Under the pieces are notes generated by a model. It was not told the origin of the DNA. It did not search any database and saw only the letters and a program-made list of their open reading frames with translations. A stretch of 64,000 nt of DNA from Hyalangium minutum (GTDB lineage: Bacteria > Myxococcota > Myxococcia > Myxococcales > Myxococcaceae), in NCBI RefSeq assembly GCF_000737315.1, contig NZ_JMCB01000005.1, positions 310,001-374,000 on the forward strand, given 5' to 3'. Below are positions 10,026 through 24,100 of the stretch, piece by piece; positions within the stretch are counted from its first letter, which is position 1; the number at the start of each line of letters is the position of its first letter. The translations under genes were made by a program, and so were the position numbers.

Positions 10026-10259
10026 ATGGACCCGAAGGAATGGAAGAACCGCAGCATGGGCATCCCCCTGGATCCGGCGAAGCAAAAGGATCCGGAGGCG
10101 GAAGGGGACCGGGTGCCTGCGGAGGGGCGCAGCGAGGAGCTGAACGACGTGACCGGTCAGAACGGCGGCCAGCGCACGGAGGTGGGTGTGCCCTACGATG
10201 GCTCGGGAGACGTGCAGAGCGGCACGCGCGATGAGATTCAGAGCGACCGCAAGAAGTAG
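10026..10259 (+). CDS. Hypothetical small acidic protein (77 aa)
   Basis: GGAGGAG RBS upstream; low-complexity hydrophilic sequence. Confidence 0.65.
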   Translation: MDPKEWKNRSMGIPLDPAKQKDPEAEGDRVPAEGRSEELNDVTGQNGGQRTEVGVPYDGSGDVQSGTRDEIQSDRKK

Positions 10260-10359
10260 GGTGGACTGACGCGCCGCGCCTCTCATGACCCGGTACGTCC
10301 GAGGGCCGCTTCTCCCTCGGACAACGGGTATAGTTGGGTTGAAGGCTCACCCAGGGCGG

Positions 10360-10938
10360 ATGATGGAACCACGGCCACCGCTGAATCAGCAGCCACCCGG
10401 CACTGAAACCCGGACCTTGAAGCACAGCGCCGTCGAGGGCCTGTTACGAGGCTTCGGCGTGCTGACCGGCTCCGCGGAGATGACCGAGGTGCTCGAGCTG
10501 CTGGGCGCCAAGGGAGGGCTCCCCTCCGAGATACCCGTGGACCGCTACATCTCCCTGATCGAGTGGTTGGCGCGCCGCCACTTCGGCACGCAACCTCTCA
10601 AGGAGGGCATCCGCAGCGTGGGGATGCGCATGCTCCACGGCTACCGGCAGACGCTGCTGGGGAACATCCAGCTCAAGGCGCTGAACCTGATGGGCCCGGA
10701 GCGGCTGATGCGCAAGATGGGAGATTTCATCGGGCGCAACAGCAACTTCGGCGAGCGCACCGCCCAGGAGGTGGCGCCTCGCCACTGGAAGCTGTTCTTC
10801 AACGGAGTGCCCATCGCGCCCGAGTTCTACCAAGGGCTCGCCGAGGCGGCCTTTGACGCGATGGGCATCCGGAAGGTGCGCATGACCTTCCAGCGCAAGA
10901 GCCCCGAGGACACGGAGTTTGATGTCCGCTGGGAATAG
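10360..10938 (+). CDS. DUF2378 (Myxococcales TIGR02265-like) family protein
   Basis: HSAVEGLL...G.RMLHGYRQTLLG...GPERLMRK...NFGER pattern; start uncertain (ORF 10285). Confidence 0.75.
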   Translation: MMEPRPPLNQQPPGTETRTLKHSAVEGLLRGFGVLTGSAEMTEVLELLGAKGGLPSEIPVDRYISLIEWLARRHFGTQPLKEGIRSVGMRMLHGYRQTLLGNIQLKALNLMGPERLMRKMGDFIGRNSNFGERTAQEVAPRHWKLFFNGVPIAPEFYQGLAEAAFDAMGIRKVRMTFQRKSPEDTEFDVRWE

Positions 10939-10968
10939 CTCGGGGCTCTGCCTGGGCGGCACCGGCTC

Positions 10969-12258
<1,290 letters not shown>

Positions 12259-12286
12259 GGCTCAAGCTCCTCTCGGTGATGCGACG

Positions 12287-13912
<1,626 letters not shown>

Positions 13913-14176
13913 GGGAACTCCTCGACGTGCCGCGTTGTAAAAGGCTGTAGCGGGTTCGAAAATGCGCACGTCAGAGGGGATTGTGAAGCTTCGTGTGAAA
14001 AGGATGCCTGCCTGCCTGTAAGGATGTCAACACGTTCTGTAGCTAACTTGTAAATCGGCAAACGGAGCGGGAGCAGGCGAGGAAGGGCCCACGCAATGAG
14101 CGGAGCAGGTCTGCGTAGGTAGGGATGAGCGCCGGGATTCACAAGGCACATCCGGCTTGTGCGAAAGGACGACGTC

Positions 14177-14536
14177 ATGGACACCACGAAGCGCTGTGTT
14201 GCCTGCGCGATGGAGCTGAGGGACGAAGCGACGAAGTGCCCTCACTGCCACGCGTTCCAGCCGGGCGCGGTGATGCACCGGGGTGGTGAGGGTCGGCGGC
14301 TGCTGGGCGTGTGCCTGGCGCTCGGCCGTCAACTCGGGATCGACGTGGCGTTGGTGCGTGTGGCGTTCGTCATCGCCCTGGTAGTTACAGGCGGCGCAAC
14401 GCTGGCGGTGTACTTCCTGCTGTGGGCCTTCACTCCTCCGTCGGCCATCGGCAAGGCTCCCATCCAGCGGGTGGCGGACTGGCTGACGGGCCCCTCCGAG
14501 GGCACGAGTGAGCCCCGGGTCGAACGCCGGGTCTGA
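14177..14536 (+). CDS. PspC-domain membrane protein with N-terminal zinc ribbon
   Basis: CVAC..CPHC, then RRLLGVCLALGRQLGIDVALVRVAFV (PspC). Confidence 0.85.
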   Translation: MDTTKRCVACAMELRDEATKCPHCHAFQPGAVMHRGGEGRRLLGVCLALGRQLGIDVALVRVAFVIALVVTGGATLAVYFLLWAFTPPSAIGKAPIQRVADWLTGPSEGTSEPRVERRV

Positions 14537-14592
14537 CCCACTGGGTGAGCTGAGGGCTTGAGAATGTAACAGGTAGGGGGCATGCTGTAGCC

Positions 14593-15162
14593 ATGCCCGC
14601 TCGCCCTGTTCCGCTGCTGGATGACACCTCCCCTGCCCTGGGAGCGTTTCCCTCCAACCTGGTGGCGGAGATTCTCGGAGGGGAACTGGTCGACAGCCCT
14701 CGGCCCCGCGTGCTGCAGACGCTGGCGGCCTCGGCCATCTTGGGGGAACTGCTCGGGCCCTATGTGAGGGGGCAGGGAGGGCCCGGGGGCTGGCTGCTGC
14801 TGTTCGGGCCGGAGCTTCACCTCGTGGGGGGCGAGGTGGTGGTGCCCGACCTGGCGGGTTGGCGCCGCGAGCGGCTGCCCGAGGCGCCGGACGTGACGGT
14901 GATGACGCTGACTCCGGACTGGGTCTGTGAGGTGCTCTCACCCGAGACGGTGGCGCTCGATCGAGGCGTGAAGATGCTGGCCTACGCGCACGCGGGTGTG
15001 GAGCACGTGTGGCTGGTCGACCCGGATCTGCAGTCGCTGGAGGTCTACCGCCACGAGGACGGCGCCTGGTCGCTGCTCGGCGTGCATGAAGGGGCCCAAC
15101 GTGTGAAGGCCGAGCCCTTCGGCGGGATGGAGCTGGAGCTGAGCCTGCTCTGGCAGCGCTAG
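14593..15162 (+). CDS. Uma2 (DUF820) family endonuclease-fold protein
   Basis: [41 protein letters not shown]. Confidence 0.92.
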   Translation: MPARPVPLLDDTSPALGAFPSNLVAEILGGELVDSPRPRVLQTLAASAILGELLGPYVRGQGGPGGWLLLFGPELHLVGGEVVVPDLAGWRRERLPEAPDVTVMTLTPDWVCEVLSPETVALDRGVKMLAYAHAGVEHVWLVDPDLQSLEVYRHEDGAWSLLGVHEGAQRVKAEPFGGMELELSLLWQR

Positions 15163-15253
15163 TTCACGGCTGGACGCTCACTTTTGGGCGGGCTCAGCGG
15201 ACGAGGATGCAGGGCGAGGTTCCGTGGTAGGCGCCGGAGCAGGAGGCCTGCCC

Positions 15254-16651
15254 GTGAGCACGAAGAACGTTCGCATCGAGAAAGACACCTTCGGTCCCAT
15301 TGAAGTGCCCGCTGATCACCTCTGGGGCGCGCAGACGCAGCGCAGCCGTCAGAACTTCGCCATCTCCACCGAGCGCATGCCGCCCGCGCTCATCCGTGCG
15401 CTGGTGCTGGTGAAGAAGGCTGCGGCGCTGGTGAACATGGAGAACGGCACGCTCGACAAGCAGAAGGGCGAGGCCATCGTGAAGGCGGCGGACGAGGTGC
15501 TCGCGGGCCAGCACGATGACGAGTTCCCTTTGCTGGTGTGGCAGACGGGGAGCGGCACGCAGACGAACATGAACTGCAACGAGGTGCTGGCGAACCGCGC
15601 CTCGGAGGTGCTCGGCGGCGAGCGCGGCGAGGGCCGCCGGGTGCACCCGAACGACGACGTGAACAAGGGGCAGAGCTCCAACGACGTGTTCCCCACGGCG
15701 ATGAGCGTGGCGGCGGCGCAGGCGGTGGTGGGCAACGTGCTGCCGGAGCTGAAGGAGCTGCGGGACGTGCTGGCCGCCAAGTCAGCGGCCTTCCGGGACA
15801 TCGTGAAGGTGGGCCGCACGCACCTGCAGGATGCCACGCCGCTGACGCTGGGCCAGGAGTTCAGCGGGTACGTGGCGCAGCTGGACCACGCGCGAGGGCA
15901 CCTCGAGCGCACGCTGCCGCACCTGTACGAGCTGGCGCTGGGAGGCACGGCGGTGGGCACGGGGCTCAACGCGCCCAAGGGCTACGCCGAGCGAGTGGCG
16001 CAGGAGATCGCCCGGCTGACGGGGCTCCCGTTCGTGACGGCGCCGAACAAGTTCGAGGCGCTGGCCGCCAATGACGCGCTGGTGCAGGCGCATGGGGCGC
16101 TCAAGGGGCTGGCGGCGGTGCTGTTCAAGATTGCCAACGACGTGCGGTGGCTGGCATCCGGGCCGCGCTCGGGCATCGGCGAGCTGACGATTCCGGAGAA
16201 CGAGCCGGGCAGCTCCATCATGCCGGGCAAGGTGAACCCGACGCAGTCCGAGGCGATGACGATGCTGTGCGCTCAGGTGATGGGGAACGACGTGGCCATC
16301 AGCGTGGGCGGGGCCTCGGGGAACTTCGAGCTGAACGTCTTCAAGCCGCTCATCGTCCACAACTTCCTGCAGAGCTGCAGGCTGCTGGCGGACGGGATGC
16401 GCAGCTTCCGGCTGCACTGCGCGGTGGGCATCGAGCCGAACCTGCCGAGGCTGAAGGAGAACCTGGAGCGCTCGCTGATGCTGGTGACGGCGCTCAACCC
16501 GCACATCGGCTACGACAACGCGGCGAAGATCGCCAAGAAGGCGCACAAGGAAGGGAAGACGCTCAAGGAGGTGGCCGTGGAACTGGGGCTGCTCACAGCC
16601 GAGCAGTTCGACCAGTGGGTGCGCCCCGAGAAGATGATCGGCAACCTCTAG
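15254..16651 (+). CDS. fumC: Fumarate hydratase class II
   Basis: [13 protein letters not shown] signature; [12 protein letters not shown]; GTG start after AGGAGG. Confidence 0.98.
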   Translation: MSTKNVRIEKDTFGPIEVPADHLWGAQTQRSRQNFAISTERMPPALIRALVLVKKAAALVNMENGTLDKQKGEAIVKAADEVLAGQHDDEFPLLVWQTGSGTQTNMNCNEVLANRASEVLGGERGEGRRVHPNDDVNKGQSSNDVFPTAMSVAAAQAVVGNVLPELKELRDVLAAKSAAFRDIVKVGRTHLQDATPLTLGQEFSGYVAQLDHARGHLERTLPHLYELALGGTAVGTGLNAPKGYAERVAQEIARLTGLPFVTAPNKFEALAANDALVQAHGALKGLAAVLFKIANDVRWLASGPRSGIGELTIPENEPGSSIMPGKVNPTQSEAMTMLCAQVMGNDVAISVGGASGNFELNVFKPLIVHNFLQSCRLLADGMRSFRLHCAVGIEPNLPRLKENLERSLMLVTALNPHIGYDNAAKIAKKAHKEGKTLKEVAVELGLLTAEQFDQWVRPEKMIGNL

Positions 16652-16670
16652 GGTGAGGCGCGCCGGGGGG

Positions 16671-17096
16671 CTAAATTTTCGGGCGCAGCCCCTCGGTTCC
16701 CGGGATCATGATGTACCACTTGCCGTCGTGGTACTTCAGGGCGAGGGTGTCCGAGCAGTCGTTGTCGTGGGGCATCTCGCCGAGCGCGCGGAACGTGGCG
16801 GTGCACTTGAACCGCACCACGGCGTCCTCATCGGGGCGGGTGATGAGCGACTCCTCGATGGAGAGGTCGATGTCCTGAATGTCCTGGTAGATGCTGTAGT
16901 AGAAGGCCGCCGCCTTGCCGGGCCCGCCAGACTTCTGGAGGCTGCCGGGATCGAGCATCTCGTGGAGGGTCATCCACTCCTGGGCCTCGATGGCGGAGTA
17001 GAAGGACTTCACCGTGCCCTCGGGGCTGCTCTTGGGGCCGTAGCAGCCGGTGAACAGGGTCAGGGCCAGGACAGGGATCAGTGCTGCGCGTGACAT
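16671..17096 (-). CDS. Small lipoprotein, NTF2/DUF4878-like
   Basis: Lipobox LFTGC; SPEGTVKSFY N-terminus and L.YHDGKWYI C-terminus. Confidence 0.7.
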   Translation of the reverse strand: MSRAALIPVLALTLFTGCYGPKSSPEGTVKSFYSAIEAQEWMTLHEMLDPGSLQKSGGPGKAAAFYYSIYQDIQDIDLSIEESLITRPDEDAVVRFKCTATFRALGEMPHDNDCSDTLALKYHDGKWYIMIPGTEGLRPKI

Positions 17097-17125
17097 GTCC
17101 TCTTTCTTACTCCAATCCGGCGGCG

Positions 17126-17812
17126 TTACTCCAGCGTGGCCCAGAGGTCATCGAAGGCGCGGCAGAAGGGCTGGACGAGGCGCGGGTCATCCGACACCAG
17201 TACGTTCTCGTGGTTCACATCGGCGGCGGAGCGGGTCCAGTTGTAGCTGCCGGTGAGCAGGCGCAGCCGGTCGAAGACGGCGAACTTGTGGTGCATGTGG
17301 GATGGAGCGTGGTCCAGGCGGACGGGGATGCCCGCGTCGCGCAGGCGCTGGAGGTCCGAGCCCGGGTCGAGCGCCTTGTCGTCGTCGCTCAGCACCCGGA
17401 CCCGGATGCCGCGCTGGTGGGCGTTCACCAGGGCTCGGGCCAGGCGGTCATCTGTCACGGTGAAGACACACACATCGATGGAGCCCCGGGCCTCCTCGAT
17501 GAGCTTGACGATGGCGCGCAGGGGTCCGTCGCCAGGGGAGAAGTGGGCCTCGGTGCGAGAGGCCTCGGGGACTCGGCGGGTGGGGAGCAGGGCCTGGATG
17601 GCCTCTTCGAGCCAGGAGATGACTTCCCGAGCGCGTGGGTCGGTGACGGACTCCCGGGCGAGGGCAAAGGCGCGGGAGCGGAACAGGGCGAGCACGGCCT
17701 CGCTTGCCCGCCTGTCATCGAGGACGGCCTGGAGAGCCTTGCGCTCCGAGCGGGTGAGCTGGCGGTCCGCCAGGGTGGCCGTGAGGATGGCGTCGATCTC
17801 GGAGGTGTCCAT
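17126..17812 (-). CDS. Single-HKD phospholipase D/nuclease-family protein
   Basis: FSPGDG, IDVCVFTVTD, HMHHKFAVFD..LLTGSYNWT..A...N.EN; start MDTSEID inside ORF 17126..18613. Confidence 0.88.
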   Translation of the reverse strand: MDTSEIDAILTATLADRQLTRSERKALQAVLDDRRASEAVLALFRSRAFALARESVTDPRAREVISWLEEAIQALLPTRRVPEASRTEAHFSPGDGPLRAIVKLIEEARGSIDVCVFTVTDDRLARALVNAHQRGIRVRVLSDDDKALDPGSDLQRLRDAGIPVRLDHAPSHMHHKFAVFDRLRLLTGSYNWTRSAADVNHENVLVSDDPRLVQPFCRAFDDLWATLE

Positions 17813-17914
17813 GGGGTTCCCAGCGGGGCGCAGGGGGGCCGATCGTAACGCAGCGCACGCTCTGGAAAGAACAGGCGAGCATGCGGGACGGAGGGGGATT
17901 AGGGTAGGGGAGCC

Positions 17915-18517
17915 ATGAACATCCCCTTCGTCATCGAGACTACGCACCGCGGCGAGCGGGCGTATGACCTCTACAGCCGGCTCCTGAAGGACCGGATCAT
18001 CATCCTGGGTACGCCGATCAACGATGAGGTGGCCAACGTCATCGTGGCGCAGATGCTGTTCCTGGAGTCTGAGGACCCGGACAAGGGCATCAACCTGTAC
18101 ATCAACTCGCCGGGCGGGGTGGTGACAGCGGGCCTGGCCATCTATGACACGATGCAGTACGTGAAGTGCCCGGTGTCGACGATCTGTATTGGGCAGGCGG
18201 CGTCGGCGGCGTCGCTGCTGCTGCTGGCGGGCACGAAGGGCAAGCGCTACGCGCTGCCGAACGCGCGCATCATGATTCACCAGCCGCTCGGCGGGGCGCA
18301 GGGCCAGGCGACGGACATCGACATCCAGGCGAAGGAGATCCTGCGCCTGAAGGCCTACATCAATGGGCTGATGGTGAAGCACACGGGCCACACCATCGAG
18401 CGCATCGAGAAGGATACGGAGCGCGACTACTTCATGAGCGCCGAGGATGCCCGGCAGTACGGCATCATCGACGAGGTGGTGGTGAAGCAGGGCGTGCCGG
18501 TGCCGAACAAGGCATAA
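17915..18517 (+). CDS. clpP: ATP-dependent Clp protease proteolytic subunit
   Basis: [27 protein letters not shown] (catalytic Ser), IMIHQP. Confidence 0.97.
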   Translation: MNIPFVIETTHRGERAYDLYSRLLKDRIIILGTPINDEVANVIVAQMLFLESEDPDKGINLYINSPGGVVTAGLAIYDTMQYVKCPVSTICIGQAASAASLLLLAGTKGKRYALPNARIMIHQPLGGAQGQATDIDIQAKEILRLKAYINGLMVKHTGHTIERIEKDTERDYFMSAEDARQYGIIDEVVVKQGVPVPNKA

Positions 18518-18545
18518 GGCGGTCGGCGTAGGTTCTGCGCGAGCA

Positions 18546-18578
18546 GGAGGGAGGGTGCAGGCTTTGCGCCCTCCTTCT
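18546..18578 (+). terminator. Hairpin downstream of clpP, putative terminator
   Basis: GGAGGGTGCA-GGCTT-TGCGCCCTCC 10-bp stem (one G-T), extendable; no clear U-tract. Confidence 0.45.
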
Positions 18579-18628
18579 GGCGTGCGGGTGGGAGAGGCCG
18601 TGGCACGGCGCATGCTCTACCTTGGAGC

Positions 18629-18979
18629 ATGATCCGCCTGAGCCTGCCCTCCCTGATTGTGACTGCTTCCTTGCTTGCGGCCGCGTGCGCCACTCCGGCA
18701 ACGGGTCGTCCTCCTCAGCCTCCCGCCTCGCCGACAGTGCAGGCGGAGATGGGGCAGCGCGAGGTTCTCCAGGCTGGCGAGGAGTACGCCCGCCTGCAGG
18801 GATACGCGGTGGCGGGCAAGCAGGAAGTTGTCGAGCTTCGGCCCAACTACTGGAGGCTGAGGTTCGGATTGGCCGAGCGGCACTCGGGCAAGTTGCTGAG
18901 CCTGGAGTTCGACGGGGCTTCGCGCTCGGTGGTGCGCGAGGAGATCATCCCCGAGACAGGAACACAGCAGAGCCCGTGA
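18629..18979 (+). CDS. Small lipoprotein
   Basis: Lipobox LAAAC, Pro-rich linker, compact C-terminal domain. Confidence 0.75.
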   Translation: MIRLSLPSLIVTASLLAAACATPATGRPPQPPASPTVQAEMGQREVLQAGEEYARLQGYAVAGKQEVVELRPNYWRLRFGLAERHSGKLLSLEFDGASRSVVREEIIPETGTQQSP

Positions 18980-19038
18980 ACCGCGGGCTTCGGTTCAAGG
19001 CCCACAGCCAAGGGGTACAGGTCGCGGGTCCCTCGGCT

Positions 19039-19080
19039 CGGTGCGGGGCCCCCCGTCAGCGGACGGGTCCTCCCGCACCG
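19039..19080. terminator. GC-rich hairpin between convergent genes
   Basis: CGGTGCGGG / CCCGCACCG (9 bp) plus CCCGTC-AGCG-GACGGG (6 bp). Confidence 0.4.
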
Positions 19081-19128
19081 GCCGTCCCGCTCTCTCAAGG
19101 TCCTCTGAATGAGGCCACGGGCCTCAGG

Positions 19129-19530
19129 TTAGTCCTCGGCGCCAGTGGCACCCGCGACTTGTCGTTGCTGCCACTCCTTGTAGCTCTCGCCGGACGCTGC
19201 CACCTTCCACATGTCTCGTCCGTTCACGCTCGTCCCCGCAACGGCAACGGCCGCCGCTGTCGGTGAGCGGTGGAGCCGTTCTGGATGATGAACGAGCCCT
19301 TCTCCAGAAGTCTTTCTTCGAATCGTGGTTCTTGAGGCGAGCCCAGACGTCGTCCGCCTCTCCGACGTAGACCGTTGTCTCGAACGATCGATCCTCCGAA
19401 GGACCCACCAGCACATAGATCCCGGTGTTCTGGATCTCCTCACGTTTGCCAAGCCGATCGAGTTCCATGCGCGGAGCTACCAGCACCTGCCCCGTCCACA
19501 TCCCCACCTCAGCAGTGCGGAGTCCCTGCA
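19129..19530 (-). pseudogene. Internally deleted, frameshifted GIY-YIG nuclease-DUF4357 gene remnant
   Basis: One frame gives GLRTAEVGMWTGQVLVAPR..TGIYVLVG..VYVGEADDVWARLKNHDSKKDFW (GIY-YIG N-terminus). A second frame gives SPTAAAVAVAGTSVNGRDMWK (DUF4357 C-terminus) almost immediately after it. The middle of the gene is missing. Confidence 0.65.
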
Positions 19531-19681
19531 GCGCAACCGAAGAACCTACTGGCAGCGCGTCAGCGAGACACTCGCTTTCTGCTACCCAGCCTCTCGGATC
19601 CTCCATGCGCAAGCCGGGACTTCCGGAATGTCAGCGGGTGCGGCTAGGCTCCTGCTCGTTCGCCTGGAGGGGTTTACCGGC

Positions 19682-21106
19682 ATGGCTGATCAGCTGACGT
19701 ACCTGGAGCTTTCGGAAGACGGCGGTAGCTCGCACAAGTTCTACGAAGTCAAAGTGGAAGGAAAGAAGCTCTCCATCCGCTTCGGCCGCATCGGGGACTC
19801 CGGTCAGCTCAAGGTCACCGACTTCCCCAGCGCCGACAAGGCCCTCGCCGAAGCCCAGAAGAAGATCGCCGAGAAGACCAAGAAGGGCTACGCCCCCGCC
19901 GTCATGGGCGCCCGCAAGAAGCGCTCCATCACCCGCCGCGAGATCACCAGCGGTAGCTCTACCGCCAAGCAGTCTCCCATCCTCTGGAAGTTTGGCACCG
20001 GCGAGCGCGCCTTCGGCATCTTCGTCGACGACGCCCGCTGCTGGGTCGGTAACGAGAGCGGCAACATCTACTCGCTCAGCCACGACGGCAAGGTCCTCAA
20101 CCAGTTCCGTCTCCCCGACGGCGTCAAGTGCATCGTCGCCGATGACCGCTGGCTGTACGCCGGCTGCGATGACGGCAACGTGTACGATCTCAGTGGCAAG
20201 GTGCCTCGCAAGGCCTACGAGATCGCCGAAGACGTCGACATCTTCTGGCTCGACATCAAGGATGCCGTGCTCGGCGTCTCCGACGCCAACGGCAAGCTCA
20301 CCGCCATCAACCACGAGGATGAGTCCGTCTGGTCCCGCCAGAGCAAGGGAACCCACGCGTGGATGGTCCGCTGCGATGAGGTCGGCATGTACCACGGCCA
20401 CGCCAAGGGCGTGACCATGTACGACTGGGAGGACGGCAGCGAGATCTGGTCCAAGCCTACTCAGGGCCACGTCATGTTCGGCTGGCAGGAGGAATCCTCC
20501 ATCTACGCCTGCACCAACACCGGCTATGTCCACCGCTTCTCCAAGAAGGGGGACGTGGGGCCTGTCATGAAGTGTGACGCGGCCGTGTTCTCGTGCGCCG
20601 CCGTGGAGGATGGGAAGTACGTCTTCGCGGGCGACAACATGTCCAGCATCTACTGCTTCAATGACAAGGGCGAGCGCCTGTGGAAGCTGTCCACCGGCTG
20701 CGGCTCCGCCTTCTCCATGCAGTTCTTCAAGGACCGGCTCTACCTCGTCACCACCGACGGCTCCCTGGCCTGCATCGATGCCAGCGAGGCCGCCATCCAG
20801 GCCGCCCAGAAGGGCTCTGTTCCCAAGCCCGTCACCGTCAAGGCTCCCAAGCCGCTCGCCGCCGCTCAGGTCGGCACGGTGGAAACCACCCGCAGCGCGG
20901 GCTCGGGCGTCATCGTCGAGTGCTACGAGGACGGTGGCCACGTGCGCGTGCGTGTCACCTCCTCGGGGTACAACAAGAACTGGCACGTGCAGTTCCCCAA
21001 GGACATCCGCGAGGCGGGCTCCCGCTTCGTCGTCGAGGGCGTGCGTGAGTCCGCGCGCGGCGGTTTCTACCGCGCCTACGGTGACATCAAGAAGCTGGTG
21101 AGCTGA
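19682..21106 (+). CDS. WGR domain + beta-propeller protein (retron-associated)
   Basis: YLELSEDGGSSHKFYEV..IRFGRIGDSGQ (WGR); repeated W-K/S blade motifs with GN/GC-x-G; small C-terminal domain. ATG 19682 inside ORF 19325. Confidence 0.88.
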   Translation: MADQLTYLELSEDGGSSHKFYEVKVEGKKLSIRFGRIGDSGQLKVTDFPSADKALAEAQKKIAEKTKKGYAPAVMGARKKRSITRREITSGSSTAKQSPILWKFGTGERAFGIFVDDARCWVGNESGNIYSLSHDGKVLNQFRLPDGVKCIVADDRWLYAGCDDGNVYDLSGKVPRKAYEIAEDVDIFWLDIKDAVLGVSDANGKLTAINHEDESVWSRQSKGTHAWMVRCDEVGMYHGHAKGVTMYDWEDGSEIWSKPTQGHVMFGWQEESSIYACTNTGYVHRFSKKGDVGPVMKCDAAVFSCAAVEDGKYVFAGDNMSSIYCFNDKGERLWKLSTGCGSAFSMQFFKDRLYLVTTDGSLACIDASEAAIQAAQKGSVPKPVTVKAPKPLAAAQVGTVETTRSAGSGVIVECYEDGGHVRVRVTSSGYNKNWHVQFPKDIREAGSRFVVEGVRESARGGFYRAYGDIKKLVS

Positions 21107-21107
21107 C

Positions 21108-24100
21108 GTGAAGCTGATCGAGCAGGTGACCCTGCTCTTCCAGGAAGGGAAGAGCGACAAGGTGTACGAGGTGGACCTGCTCGAAGTGGGTGCAGGCCAG
21201 TACGTCGTCAACTTCCGCTACGGCCGACGCGGCACCGCCCTCAAGGACGGCACCAAGACCCCCGCGCCCGTCTCCATGGCCGAGGCGCGGAAGGCCTACG
21301 ACAAGCTCGTCCAGTCCAAGCTGGACACGGGCTACGTGCGCGCGGGCCACCCGTCTACCGGGCTGCCTCCGCCTGCTCCTCGGCCTGCGGCTCCCACGCC
21401 TGTCGCTGCTGGGGGATCCGCCGCCGCGGCTGCCCCGGGGGCACCGGCTGCACCTCCGGGGGCTTCGGCCCGGGAGCGCATCCTGCTCCAGCAACTCACC
21501 CAGGAGGCCAGCACTCGCCGGTGGTTCCGCTCCACCGAGGTGCGCGCGACGGCTCGTCCCCTGGAACGCGTCATCTGGCGAGTGGGCGAGCTTCGTATCC
21601 GTGCCGCCGAGCCCATCCTGTTGCCCATGTTGGAGCGGGCCACTCCGCTGCGCGCCTACTGCCTCGCCGCGGCGCTCGGGCGGCTGGGCTCGGCGCAATC
21701 CGTGGCGGCGCTCGGGCGGCTCTATGGAGATGCCGGGACGCCGGACATGGTCCGCCGCATCGCCACCGAGGCGCTGCTCCAGCTCTCCGATGAAGCCACC
21801 CGCCGCGAGTTCCGTCAGGACTTGATGGGCAAGCTGCCCCCGGTGCTTCGCGACGCTGCTCAGGCGGGGAATGCGGAACTCTTCGGCCAGGAGCTCGACA
21901 AGCACCTCTCCAGTGGGAAGGACCCGTACGCGGTGCTGGAGACGGTGTACCTGGTGGACTCGGAGGCCGTGCGGCCCGCGCTGCTGCGCGTGCTGCGGAC
22001 CGCTCCCTTCCAGCGCGGTGCCGTGAAGGCCCTGCGCCACGTCTTCAAGATGGCCGAGTACCGCCGCGATGGCGAGGTGTTCGGCATCATCGCCTGGCGC
22101 TATGAGAAGGAGCGCTCCACCAACCGCAGCAGCCGCGACGGCTTCGCCAAGTCCACGCGCCTGTTCCTGCGCCGCCGCATCTGGCGCACCCTGCGGCGGA
22201 TGGGGCAAATCGAGGACTCTGAGTTCGTGAAGATGGCCGTGGGTGTGTTGCTGGCCTTCACCGACGCGGACGCCGTGCCCGAGCTCACCACGAGCACTGG
22301 ATATGGCGCCAGACGCGAGCAGCACTTTTGGGGACCGTTCGCTCCCTACTGGGCCTTCAACCACCTGCTCTACGGGAACAGCCGGTACCTCGAGCCGGTG
22401 GACCACAAGCTCGCCTTCTATTCGAAGTGGAAGCCCTCCTCGCAGCAGGACGTCCGGACTCGCGAGGAGAGCTTCCCCGCGCTGTGGGACCGGACACCTC
22501 AAGGGCTGATGCACCTGCTCGACGAGAGCCGCTGCGCTCCCGTGCACACGTTCGCGGCTCGCGCGCTGCGCTCCCTGCCCGCGTTCCTCGCCCAGCTCGA
22601 CGAGGATGCGGTCGCGATGCTGCTCGAGAAGCCCTATGCGCCCACCGCTCAGCTCGGCTTGGACCTGGCTGTCGAGCGGGTCAATGCGCGCGGGGAGCCT
22701 CGGGCGCTGGTGCTCGCGGCGGCGCGCTCGCCGTACGCGCCTGCCCGTCAGCAGGCCTTCCGGTGGTTGGACGCACTGCGGGAGGTGTTGCTGAAGGACC
22801 TGGGCTTCCTCGCCGCGCTGGCCATCTCTCCGCAGACCGAGACCCGGCAGTATGTGGCCAACATCCTGCGTGGCTCCGTCCTGCCCGATGACGTGGCCGA
22901 GGCGTTCATCCGCCACCTGCTTCAGGCCGCCCGGAAGCTGGGCCCCAATGATGGTCCGCTGGCCGCCGATGTGAAGCAGCTGGTGCTTGCCGCGCTGGGA
23001 CCTCTGGGCAGGCCGCCAGGGACCGAAGTCCTTATAGAGCTGCTTGGCCATCCGCTCGTCGAGATTCAGGAGCTGGGCGGTGAGCTGCTTCTGCGCCGGG
23101 ACCTGCGCACCGAGCCGGTGCCTCCCGAGGTGCTTGGCCACCTGCTGCAGTCCGCGAGTGCCTCGCTGCGCACCCTCGGCCTGCGCTTGCTGGGGAAGAT
23201 GCCGGACGAGGCGTTCCGCGCGAACGAGGCCGTGCTCGGGCGGCTGGCCTCCAGTCCTCACCCGGATGTGCGGCAGGGGATTCGTCCACTGCTCGGGCGG
23301 CTCATCGCCCTGGATGCACAGGCCGGCGCGCGGGTGGTGGAGCTGCTCGTGGCGGCGCTTCTCCGCCGGCGGCTTCCCGAGGGCGTGCCGGAGCACGTCG
23401 CGAGCCTGCTCAGCGGCGAGCTGGCGGCCGCGTTCCACACCGTTCCCGCCGAGACGGTCTGGCGGCTGCTGGACTCCGAGGATGGCACGGCGCAGACCCT
23501 GGGCGGAGAGCTGCTCGAGAAGCGCGGTGATGCGCTGACGGTGGATGTGCCTCGGGCTGTGAAGCTGGCCGGGCATGACGTGCTCAAGGTTCGCGAGTGG
23601 GCTTGGCGCTGGCTCGAGGGTCACGTGGCCGACGTGCGCGCGGATCTGGCCACGGCGGTGCGGCTGCTCGACACGCGCTGGGACGATGCCCGCGCTTTCG
23701 CCTTCCGCTACTTCCGCGACCGCTTCGCCCCCGAGGACTACACCCTGGAGGTGCTCGTCTCCGTGGCGGACAGCGTGCGGCCCGATGTGCAGACCTTCGG
23801 CCGGGAGATGCTGGCGCGCTCGTTCCGCGAGTCGGACGGGCCGGAGCTGCTGCTGCGCCTCTCCGAGCACCCCACGCCCGCCGTGCAGCTCTTCGCCACG
23901 CACTACCTGGACCGCTTCGCAGGCGGTAGCGTGGCCATGGTGGAGAAGCTGGTGCCGTACTTCCATCGCGTGCTGAACCAGGTGAACAAGGGTCGCGCCG
24001 CGCGCAGCCGCGTGCTGGAGTTCCTCCGCAAGGAGGGGCGGCGCGATGAGGTCTCCGGCCGCCATGCCATGGACGTGCTGCACCGATTGTCAGCGACCAT

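Noticed and set aside
13970-14158. AT-richer aceB promoter region with a GAAGCTTC palindrome
   Set aside because: Could be an IclR/CRP-type site, but there is no convincing consensus match.
19325-19681. N-terminal extension of the WGR protein
   Set aside because: It overlaps the GIY-YIG remnant antisense and is not protein-like; the WGR domain begins right at ATG 19682.
21087-24083. 998-aa minus-strand ORF
   Set aside because: Antisense shadow of the WGR-HEAT gene.
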